NCBI GenBank assembly: GCA_003990765.1
Contig: RBNJ01000286.1
Span: forward strand, 1-34,067
Reading direction: 5' to 3'
DNA: 34,067 bases
From: Jimgerdemannia flammicorona
Taxonomy: Eukaryota
Numbering within the stretch: the stretch's first letter is position 1; each line of letters starts with the position of its first letter. Shown piece by piece: positions 1 through 9,831 of this stretch. The position numbers were made by a program, and so were the translations under genes. Under the pieces are notes generated by a model, which did no database searches, was not told the origin of the DNA, and saw only the letters and a list, made by a program, of their open reading frames with translations.

Positions 1-161
1 AAGAGATAACAAGATAGTTAAAGATAAGAAGTTTGAGGACTATAAGACCTTGGGAAGACACTCCAATAAGAACTTGCTTATAACAAACTTGAGTTAGTCT
101 AAGAGATATATCTTGAAGAGAATCTGGCATATTTGAAGGACTCAGTGACCACTTCGTAACA
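1..161 (+). repeat. 3' part (U5) of the 5' LTR of family A copy 1
   Basis: Near-identical to 7237-7395; ends ...CGTAACA. Confidence 0.93.
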
Positions 162-164
162 ACT

Positions 165-182
165 TGGTACCCATTGGCTGGT
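165..182 (+). promoter_or_regulatory. Primer-binding site (tRNA not identified)
   Basis: TGGTACCCATTGGCTGGT begins 3 nt after the LTR-terminal CA; TGG is complementary to tRNA CCA. Confidence 0.7.
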
Positions 183-287
183 GATTTAAGATGAATCCCT
201 CACTTTTAAGCTGAAAAATGAATAACCCCCACAACAACTACCCTGACTACAAGAGTCACCCCTGCAAGAATTCAAGATAAGATAGAA

Positions 288-3200
288 ATGTGTCCCCTCA
301 CATTCTATGGATATACTACTGAAGAGTCAATCCTGACCTTCATTGAAGACTTTGAACAATTCACTGCCATACAAGCCCTTGATGTGGATGCTCAATTGGC
401 CCTTCTACCAGTCAGCCTCAGAGGACCTGCCAGAGACAAGTTTAATGTAGCCACCATTGCTGGTGCTGATGCAGTCAAACTTACCAATATGAAGACCTTC
501 CTCAGAACAACATATTATACCAAAGAAATCAAGCAAGCTCTCAAGGATCAACTCAATACTATCTGCCAGGGACTTAGTGAAGATCCCAACTCATTCTATA
601 CCCGAATCTGTCACCAGATTGTCTTGGCTGGCTATGATGATGCCCTCAAGAAACAAATAGTGGATTCAACCTTCCTCAAAGGAGTTTACCCTGAAATTGC
701 CCTAGCAATCTGGTCTACTCCAGCTGCACTGACCCTTGATCAGAAAGTGGTCTTTGCACAGAGATATTGGACTGCCAGACACTCTGCCAAACACTCAATG
801 GAGAAAATAACTGGCATCAAGATGGAGCCATCAAAGCCAACTAGTATCTTATCTGCCACAGTTATAAACAGATAACCAACCCCACCTACCCCCAAGATAG
901 CCAAAGCTGACCCAGTGGAAGAACTTGCCAAGCAGTTTGCCAAGATGACTGCACACCTCGGTGATGTTGTTAGAGAAGTCCAAAGTGCCAACAAGAGACC
1001 AGTGCAGATATTTGTAGCTACTACAGAAGAACGCAATATCACATGCTTCAGATGTAGAGAAGAAGGCCACTATGCAAAGAGTTGTATGACCGAAATGAGA
1101 TGCAAAGCCCAACCAAGCAATGCTAGCAGAACCAGAGAACAAACAAATACAGTAGTCATTGAGGAGATTGGTGATACTGATGATGAAGAATACTACGAGG
1201 AGCTCAAAATCTACCCTGCTACTGAAGGTACCAGAACCCGGTCCAAGCCCTATGACAAGAAGAGCAACAGCAAGCCAGTTGGAAGACCAAAGAAGACTCT
1301 AGCTGTCACTATTCAAAGCAAGACCTAACCTGAGGAGATTGATCAAGACATGGAGTTAGATGAAGCTATCTGCCAAATTATCGAAGACACTACTCCAGTC
1401 TTAGGAGAAAGCGAGAGCAAGAAGGAACAGAAGCTGCACAAGACTAAGATCCACCAGTATGACATCTACAAGGACCTCAAGGAACAGAAGGTCAATGCCA
1501 CTTTTGGGCAGCTAGCTGAAGTCCCTGCCTTCAGACAGCAGTTGAGAGTAGGACTTGTAACTACTGCCAAGAATCAAGAGTACAAGATCATAGAAGCTCA
1601 CAATGCACAAGAAGAATCTGAGAACTCAGGTAAAGAATCTGAAGACCAGCACAAGACATCAGCCTATACTCCCTGCCAGATCAAAGACTGTATCTTTGAT
1701 GCCATCATTGATACTGGTGCTGGAGGATGCCTCATGAGCAAGAAGGCAATTGACTGCCTAGGTTGGGACATTGAAGAGTCCACCAAGATGGTCTATGTCA
1801 CAGCAGATGGTACATGAGCTACCCTCCTTGGCAAAATCCAAGAAGTCCCCATCAAGATAGGAGGAGCTACCATCCCAGTAGATATGATTGTTACAAGTAC
1901 CACCAACTATGACATCCTCATTAGCAACCAATGGCTTCACAAGGCCAAGGCCATCATTGACCTTAATGCCCAGAAGATGCAGATCAACTACAGAGAAAGA
2001 AAGGTACAAGTTTCTATCAATGTCCACAAAAGAGTCCTGCCAGATATGGAGGAAGGAGATGAAGAAGACACAGAGGTCTTCATGCACTCAGTGAACAAGA
2101 ACAAGAACAAGACACCCAAGCTCACAGATGAGCAGTAGTATAACAAGATCATCGATAGATATGCCCCTCAAGGAAGATGCCCCCATAGTACTAGAATGTA
2201 CTGCTCTGAACATCTGAATGACTGCTGGTCCTGTATCAGCGAAGTCAGGAAAATCCACCAACAGAAATATGAGCAAGAAGCTGCTGAAACAAAAAGGAAA
2301 GCTGAAGAAGATGACCAGCCCCCAGAGCTTCAAGCTGACAGTGACGATGAGGAGGAACAAGAATCAGACATTACTCTCAAGGTCAAGAAGTTTCACCCTG
2401 AAGCTAAGATCCCAGAATACAAGACTGAAGGAGCCATAGGAATGGACCTTACCAGCATCCAAGATGCTACCCTTGAACCACAGACCACCACCCTACTTGG
2501 CACTGGAATTGGAGTCAAGTTGCCAGAAAACCATGCTGGAATTATCAAGACCAGGAGTAGTCTGGCCAAAAGTGAAATCTCAGTTGAAGGAGGAATAATT
2601 GACCCTGATTACACTGGCGAGATTTTTCTCATAGTCAGAAATTACAGCCACACCACCCCCTTCAAAGTCAAGAAGCATGACAGGATTGGCCAGATGCTGA
2701 TCCACGAAATCAAGAAGCCCAAGATCATAGAAGCCACTGAACTTATCAAGACCAAGAGAGGAGAACAAGGCTTTGGATTTACTGGAAGAGGAGCCTATGC
2801 CACTACCAAGATTACTGAACTTGAGCACAAGAAAGACAAAGACCAGAACAAGCACACATATACCATTGGAGAAAACTTTCCCCTGGAGGAACAACTTCTC
2901 AAGATCCTGTACCAGAATGACGAAGTACTTGCTACAGACTTTAGGGATATCCACAATCAAGAACCCAAGTACTATCATGAAGTTGATACTGGTGATACCA
3001 AGCCTATCTACCAGAAAGCCAGACCTATACCACCTGCCTACAGAGAGTGGCTGTGAGCCAAACTCAAGGAAATGAAAGAAGCTGGAATCATCAAGCAAGC
3101 TATCAGCCCCTGGGCCTCACCCATTGTCCTTGTCCCGAAGAAAGGAAGCAAGTCTGGAGAGTTTGCACCAAGACTCTGCATTGACTACAGGAAACTCAAT

Positions 3201-4307
3201 GCCATCACCAAGAAGGATAGGCAGCCCTTGCCGAATATTCAAGAAATCCTTACTACTCTTGGAAGTGAAGCCAAATACTACACCACCTTGGATCTGTTCT
3301 CAGGCTTCCATCAGATCGGTCTCACTCAAGATACTAGTGAGAAATCAGCATTCATCATACCTGATGCCACCTATATCTATCTACAAATGCCATTTGGAAT
3401 GTGCAATGCCCCAGCAAGTTTCCAGTGAATAATGAACAGAGTCTTTAGCAACAAGATTGGAAAATGGCTCTTTGTCTATGTTGATGATGTGATCATCTTC
3501 AGCAACACTGCACAGGAATATGTCAATCACATACAGCTAGCCCTCAAGAGGCTCAAGGAGTATGGCCTCTACATCAAGCCCAAGAAATATAAGTTTGCAG
3601 CTCAAGAAATCGCCTACCTAGGACACCTTATCAACCAGACTGGAATCCATACAGACCCCATGAAGATCGAGGCTGTTGCAGCCTACCCGAGACCCAGAAC
3701 AACTACAGAAGTCCATGCCTTCCTTGGACTGTCCAGCTACTACAGAAGATTCATCAAAGGATACTCCAATATTACAGCACCTATCTACAAGCTACTGAAG
3801 AAGGAGACCAATTTCGAATAGACCAAGGAGTGCCAAGAAACCTTCAATGAACTCAAGACCAGGTTGACCCAAGCACCCATCCTCAGAAGACCAGACTGGA
3901 ACCTAGAATTCATTCTGCAGACAGATGTGAGTGCTATAGGACTTGGAGCAGTCCTAGCTCAGGAGAAAGATAGACATGAATATGTTATCTCCTATATAAG
4001 CTGAGGTGCCTGCAGAGTGGAACAGAACTACAAGTCATGCAAGCTTGAATACTTAACAGTAGTTTGGGCAGTAGATAAGTTCCACTACTACCTAGCCAGA
4101 AAACACTTCACCATTCAAATGGACCATTCCGCTCTTGCCTAGCTATTCCACACTCTGAACCCTAAAGGAATATATGCCAGATGGATCTACAGGCTGCAAG
4201 AGTATGACTGTACTGTCAAGTACTGCTCAGAAAAGACCAACACTAATGCTGATGTACTCTCAAGGACACCCCAAAACACCCCCATCAAGACTACTCAACA
4301 TGAATAA
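288..4307 (+). pseudogene. gag-protease-dUTPase-RT-RNaseH polyprotein, single frame, broken by in-frame stops
   Basis: ORF pieces at 288, 915, 1350, 1884, 2196, 3072 and 3432 share one frame; stops are explained by CGA>TGA, CAA>TAA, TGG>TAG (e.g. FQ*IMN for FQR). Motifs: CFRCREEGHYAKSC (1044-1085), IIDTGAG (D at 1710), SPWASPIVLVPKK, LDLFSGFHQI, MPFGMCNAP, YVDD (3477-3488), LQTDVS..GLGAVL, DHSAL, NADVLSR. Confidence 0.95.
2376..2789 (+). pseudogene. Trimeric dUTPase domain between protease and RT
   Basis: All five dUTPase motifs: GAIGMDL, RSSLA, GGIIDPDYTGEI, DRIGQM, RGEQGFG(F)TG. Confidence 0.95.
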
Positions 4308-5496
4308 GGAGCTATACTATGGATTAATCAGCTACCTTGGGCAGCAGAAGATGCCCAACCACCTCAAACCCTGGATAATCACCATCATCAACTGGACTTA
4401 GAAATAGTTTGAATTAGACAACACTATACTTAGAAAAGGAGGAAAGCTAGTAATACCTGAACACAAGAAGTATCAAGTAATGAAGGAAGTATATGAGCAA
4501 GGACACTTAGGAGGAACCAACATATATGACAAGGCAAGAAGAACCATGTGGTGGCCCAAGATGGAAGAAGACCTACACCAATTTGTCAAAGAGTATGACA
4601 AGTGCCAAAACAGAAACAAGATCAGTAAGACCAGGCACCTGAATCATCAAGAATTGAGCCTATCCCCTTTCACCACATTGTAATAGATATCATTGGATCA
4701 CTACCAGTAACACTATCAGGAAAACTGCTATATTATAGTTATTGTAGACCTCTTTACCAAATGGATAGAGGCAGGAGCATTACAAGAAGCCAATGCCCTC
4801 TCTATAGCCGACTTCCTATACCGAGAAATCATCTGCTGCTACAAGACACCAAAGCAAATCACAACAGACTGTGGTACAGAATTTGTCAATGGATTCCACA
4901 AGATAATGTATCAGAAATACAGGATCCAGCACATCAAGACCACCACATACCACCCTTAAGGAAATGGACAGACAGAGAGAACCAACAAGACCCTCAAGAA
5001 CATTCTAGCAAAGATCTCAGAGACATATGAGAATTGGGATAACTATCTTCCAACTGCCCTCTCTGTTCTATGAGACATATGGTCACAGAGTATACATTTT
5101 ACCCCAAGAGAGCTGCTCTTTGGAGAAGAAGATTCTGATGGAACCTCAGCCACAAATCTAGACCTAACTTGGAGATGGGTTGATGCAGAAATCCGGAAAC
5201 TATACCAAATCAGGAAGAAGGCTGAAGATTACATCACTAAGTTACAAGTGCTGACAAGGAAGAATATGGAAAAGAATCACAAGACCCTAGAACCCATCCG
5301 AATTGGAGAAAAGATTCTACTGTATTAAAATATGGTAGAAGTCTCATGGTCATGAAAACTGGAGCCCAAATGGGAAGGACCCTTCTACATGCAAGATATC
5401 AAGAGAACTATCTTCTGGCTAAGAAAAATCTCAGAGACCATACTGTCTACTATGGTATATAGGAACAGACTCAAGAAGTACCACAAACCTATATAA
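4300..5496 (+). pseudogene. Integrase in its own reading frame (Zn finger, DDE core, GPF motif)
   Basis: ATG at 4300 overlaps the pol stop (ATGAATAA). GHLGG...WWPKM...(C)DKCQ, IDIIG.LP, VDLFTKWIEA, TDCGTEF, TTYHP*GNGQTERTNKTLK, LEPKWEGPF, RNRLKKY. Compensating -1/+1 A-run indels near 4607 and 4722. Confidence 0.92.
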
Positions 5497-5508
5497 GAGA
5501 AGCAAAAT

Positions 5509-5826
5509 ATGATGACCACCTGCAAGGTTCTAGTCCGTGAATCGTAACAGCATGTCCTGTGACCAGAAGGCTATCTGCCTAGACCATTCTCTAAGGGATA
5601 CAGCACTGGCAACTACTCATCCATAAGACTTTTGAAGTCAGAGGAGTTCAAACCATTAACTGATTGGTCAAGATCAGAATCAGGCCCTTACTCTATATGA
5701 AGGGAGTGACCCTTCACCATCATGCCAAAATACAAAGAGAAGACACTAGCCCATAAACATCAGTTTTCAACCCCTTGCTAGAGGTTATGGGATCAGCAAA
5801 TTTTTCAAGACTGGACCAATGAATAA
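5509..5826 (+). pseudogene. Possible small accessory ORF or integrase C-terminal extension, unknown function
   Basis: In frame with integrase; five internal stops, all transition-type; ends at the pre-PPT hairpin; segment also present in copy 2 (~28965-29285). Confidence 0.4.
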
Positions 5827-5860
5827 GGATGCTCAGGAAGATCCTTATTCAGGAGGAAGA
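5820..5860 (+). promoter_or_regulatory. Stem-loop plus polypurine tract of family A
   Basis: TGAATAAGGAT-N10-ATCCTTATTCA perfect 11-bp stem; AGGAGGAAGA immediately before TGTAAT. Confidence 0.8.
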
Positions 5861-6102
5861 TGTAATGGTGATCCCAGAATGATGACATCAGCACTGGAGA
5901 CAGCCTTTCCTTGCAAGCCACCAGATCAGAGCACAAGAAGATCATACAGCATATGAGATGAGCAATAATGACCAACTGTGAGTCATTGTGACCATAGTAC
6001 AAGTATTCTGAAGAATATAAAAGAACAATCAAGGAACCACAGTAGCAGCAACCAATAAGAACCACTAATCCCAAAATAGCTCAAAGACTTACCATAAACA
6101 AA

Positions 6103-6936
6103 ATGCCTGCTGCTCACCAAACCTCAAGGTCAAGGAATCACCAAGGTATCTCAGTTGAGAAAAGGATGTTCCAAGACATCAGAAGAGCCATGAGGACCCA
6201 CTCAAAAAGGACTCCTAGTGTCAACCTGGGTACTGCAGACTCTTATCACTTCATTCTCTACTACCGTGAAATGGAAACAAGAATCACTATTGCCACCAAA
6301 TACCTCCAAATGTGACAGGAGTATGAAATAGGAAACCTCCTCTGCTGGGAGTTCCCACAAGCCAGCACCCAAGAGCTACAAGATACCACTTCTATGGATA
6401 TATGTGAAATAAGGACAGCTAAGAAGATCTATCAGATCTTCAGGCATGCACCATGGTCAATCCCCAACTTAGAGTATGTTAGAGTCTCAGACTTCAGAGA
6501 CCTATCATCCTGCCATATCAACATACTAGAAGCCAGGGTGGCTACAGAAGCCCAGTCCACTATCACTCTCAACAGTGAAGAAGTAGAAGACTTCTGGCAC
6601 TCTATCCTTCAGGACAACCCAGACCAATTTCTGCAAAGATTGATCTCAGTATTCCAAGGCCCAAGCATCCAGGTTAGACCTCCCCAAGACCCCACATTTG
6701 TTCCCTATTTTGTAGAAGAAAACCTCATAGACTGGAGAGCTCCAGATTTTGTTCCCGATTTTCCCACCACAGCCGAATGTGATGACATCATCAACGATGA
6801 CATTATCCCGCACAACATCGACATATGTGAGATATATAATGAAGTATGTGAAAATGATGAATTTGCGGATCTCATCTCCTTCAGTGATGATGATGATGAG
6901 GATAAAGCTCCCATAGTCCTGAACTTTCTGCTCTAA
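6103..6936 (+). pseudogene. LTR(U3)-encoded ~277-aa protein of unknown function with acidic tail; one internal TGA
   Basis: ORFs 6103-6315 and 6394-6936 are in frame and joined across a single TGA (probably CGA); homologous remnant at 27830-28676; motif shared with 14084-14491. Confidence 0.72.
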
Positions 6937-6944
6937 GTTCTGTA

Positions 6945-7075
6945 TTACACTGGATAATGCTAGCACCAGTATTCTCATGTAATACTAGATAATGCCAGCA
7001 CCAGTATTCTGAGGTGATGCGAAATTGTTCCAGTATTGGCATTTTGATGTGACACTAAATAATGCCAGCCCTGGA
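6945..7075 (+). repeat. ~35-bp tandem repeats in LTR U3
   Basis: ACTRGATAATGCYAGCACCAGTATTCT twice at period 35, plus a third partial copy near 7053. Confidence 0.75.
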
Positions 7076-7432
7076 ACTTAGTAGTTTTAGTTATTGGAAT
7101 TTATATTTAGCTTTATATCTTAGCAACCATTGAATTATATTTTGTATAAATACCCCTCTTATTTCTTCTGAAATAAAGTCAGTCAATTCAGTATATTCAG
7201 TCAAGTGTAATATACATACTTCCTTGCAAGCCATCTAAGAGATAACAAGATAGTTAAAGATAAGAAGTTTGAGGACTATAAGACCTTGGGAAGGTACTCC
7301 AATAAGAACTTGCTTATAACAACTTGAGTTAGTCTAAGAGATATACTTGAAGAGAATCTGGTATATTTGAAGGACTCAGTGACTACTATGTGACAATATA
7401 TATATATATACTATTTTATATTTTAGTCTTAC

Positions 7433-8244
7433 TATAATTATTCTAGTTTCTTTAAGAGAAAGTAACAAAATCTAAAAAGTTCTAGTAGATCTAAAGAGAT
7501 ACTTATAAATTTAAGTAGTTTTATAGAATTTCTAAAAAAAAATAAGCTAAGCTTTATTTTAAGTAGTACTTCCAAATAAATCAAATTAATTTGAATTAAA
7601 TTAAATTAAGAGTCATTCAAATCAAATTCAAATTGAATTGAGTTCCAATTGAAATATTTATCCCAAATTCAAAATATAATAACTCAATAGAAATATATTT
7701 AAATTTAATATCCTTTATTATACTAGATTCTCTATTATAAGATATATTTAATAAGCTAAAATTCATTAAATTTAGATATATTTTGATTGAGTTATTGAAT
7801 TTTGAAAAATTTGATTTGAATTGAACTTCAAATTGAATTAGATTGAATCAAATTAACCCTTAATTTGTTTTGAATATTTCAAATTAGAAGTAAATTCAAT
7901 TCAATTTATTTCAAGTACTAATTCTAAGTAAAGAAAGAGAATATTTATATAGAATCTGAAAGAAGGATCCAGAAGGATCTTAGAAATAAAAAGAAAAGTC
8001 AAGAAAATAGTTCTCAGCAAAGATGATTAATTGAATTCTACAATGTTCCAAAAGGTTCTATAATTAGTTAAGATAAGATACTTAGTACTAAGAAAAGACA
8101 TGGATGTTCTAATAAAGTCTTAATACCAAGAGAGAATTTCTAAGCATTTGAGAGATACTGGAACATTGTGGAATATTTAAGAAAAGATAACAAAAGACTA
8201 GTGAAAAGATTTAAAAAATATACTATGATTAAGAAATTATTGCA
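7433..8244 (-). mobile_element. Solo LTR related to family C, interrupted by a MITE
   Basis: Similar to LTRs 16566-17029 and 22164-22617; 5-bp TSD CTTAC (7428-7432)/CTCAC (8245-8249). Confidence 0.88.
7564..7920. mobile_element. MITE, hAT-type
   Basis: TIRs TAGTACTT..AAATAAAT / ATTTATTTCAAGTACTA; 8-bp TSD ATTTTAAG/ATTCTAAG; second copy at 12182-12491. Confidence 0.85.
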
Positions 8245-8249
8245 CTCAC

Positions 8250-8414
8250 TCTGGTAGTCTGATAATAAGATCTTCAGACAGATATCATCTTTGAGCTCAC
8301 CTGTGACTGATTCTGAGGAGTTAAGAAGATCAAAAAATTGCTACTAACTCTGGGAGTCAAGAAAAGATAAAGAAATCTGATGTACTTTTCAAGTTATGCA
8401 TCCACTACATTACA
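8250..8414 (+). repeat. 3' fragment of a family B-like LTR
   Basis: AAGATAAAGAAATCTGATGTACTTT...CCACTACATTACA matches the family B LTR end (consensus CCGCTACGTTACA). Confidence 0.75.
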
Positions 8415-9831
8415 ATAGTATAGTAAACTTGTATAAATAACCTCAGAATGGCAGCCCCTTTCTCTGCTACCTTACTGGTCACAAGGTTTGGTAGGCAACC
8501 TTCTGAGTCCCCTTTTCCCTATTATTACTCCCTCTACCTTGAGTTGGTTTGCTGTACCTATATGGGCATAGTGGGAGGAAGGCAATGGTGATGAGTTGCT
8601 CTTTTTATTGGTGTCTGATCAGTGTCTTCTCCACTTTTTCATGGTTTCTGGTACCTTCAACTACATCTGGAGTGCATCTGTTTTGGTGCGGCACCTTCTT
8701 CCTTTTGCTGTCACCAACAAGGTGCTGTCTTGGTGTATCTCAGGCTACATAGGGAGTTGGCTGACCTTGGGCATCAAGTGCTCAGTGTAGGTTATCTGCA
8801 GGTCCTCAGTACCTGTAGTGGGGCCCTCTGGCTTTGGTGAGCTTCCTGGCAAGCATAGTTCTGGTATAGGTGACTGTTTTTCGGGTGTTGTTGGGATGGG
8901 AGGGGAGATGGCCATCACAGATAGGAGGAAGGACAATAATGGTGGACCAGTAAGGTGCCAGGCTGGGGGCAGCTGTCGGGGCTGGGGCAGGTGTTGCTTC
9001 AGTGGGGCCTTTTGATTGGTGCAGCATAGTTAGGTAGTAGGTATCACTCTCAGCTTCTTTTGGCAGTCAGGTGGATTAGGTCCCAGTCATCAGGGGGGGT
9101 TGGGGGGCCTGAGGCTACCCATTTCAGATGTCTTGGCTGTACTCAACTGGAACCAGGGGCTGATATGGTAATGTAATCAAGGTCCACAGGCTTGAGTAGT
9201 GGGGTATTGGGGGTCTCCTCCCACCTCACATATAAGTCCTTTACTCATCTCAACTGAGAGAACCAGGCCCTACCCACCATGTTGTGCTTTGATGAGAGTT
9301 TTTCTTCTGTCTGTCATTCTCTTTGAGGTGGCAGAGGCTATTCTATTTGGCTTGGGCATGGCCTTGTATATATGTTGGGTTCTCAGGCATGCACTTTCAG
9401 TCATTGGTGTATGACTGGGTTTCCCCTGATGGTAGGGAGAGTGTGGTGTGCAGAATGAGGTATGGGCCTACTTTGGCCCTGCTGTGCCTGGCATGGTCAA
9501 GCTGCTAGACAATAGCTAGCCTAGGTTAATGGGGGGGCAGTGCTTGGTGGGTGGTGGGAGAGGGTTTTGGCCTATATAGTCTAGGTTCCCTTCCAATAAA
9601 AATCCGTGGGACTTGAGTCCGTTAAAAAAAAAAAAAAAAAAAAAATAACCTCAGAATCATAAGTGAATAAACCTTAGATTGAAACAGTTCAGTAAAACAC
9701 AAGTATTCTTGATAACAGACTTTCAGACATACCTTTTTACATTTCAGCCTCACCCTGCAACTGACTCTGGGAGTCAAAGACAAGAATTCAAGATAAAGAA
9801 ATCCGATGTACTTCCCAGGTTACGCGTTACA
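8415..9831 (+). repeat. Partial family B-like LTR (8415-8449 + 9643-9831) split by a non-LTR insertion
   Basis: AAACTTGTATAAATAACC and AAGTGAATAAACC match the 13517-13992 LTR; ends GGTTACGCGTTACA. Confidence 0.78.
8450..9642 (+). mobile_element. Non-LTR retrotransposed insertion (probably 5'-truncated LINE 3' end)
   Basis: Perfect 15-bp TSD AAATAACCTCAGAAT (8435-8449, 9643-9657); ~20-nt polyA from 9624; AATAAA at 9595. ALYICWVLRH weakly resembles a LINE ORF2 C-terminal motif; no RT core seen. Confidence 0.85.

Larger units (their letters stand above)
1..7395 (+). mobile_element. Ty3/Gypsy LTR retrotransposon, family A copy 1 (5' LTR cut by window edge), inactivated by transitions
   Basis: 1-161 repeats 7237-7395 directly; TGG-initiated PBS after the LTR end; domain order gag, CCHC knuckle, protease, dUTPase, RT, RNaseH, integrase; purine tract at 5851-5860. 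Confidence 0.96.
5861..7395 (+). repeat. 3' LTR of family A copy 1 (~1535 bp)
   Basis: Starts TGTAAT right after the PPT and ends GTGACA; TATAAATA at 7145-7152, AATAAA at 7172-7177. The 3' end matches the 5' LTR; the 5' boundary is inferred from the PPT and from the equivalent junction in family B. Confidence 0.78.

Noticed and set aside
740..3098. Antisense ORFs over gag-pol (also 14931-15657 and 31961-34039)
   Set aside because: Shadows of the coding strand with no motifs and not consistently open between copies.
288..4307. Alternative genetic code or systematic stop read-through explaining the in-frame stops
   Set aside because: TGA, TAA and TAG all occur and fall at conserved Arg/Gln/Trp positions, as expected from C>T/G>A mutation.
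4600..4730. Programmed frameshifts inside the family A integrase
   Set aside because: One missing and one extra A in homopolymer runs cancel out and are absent in family B; decay or sequencing indels.
6103..6936. env gene
   Set aside because: No signal peptide, furin site or transmembrane segment.
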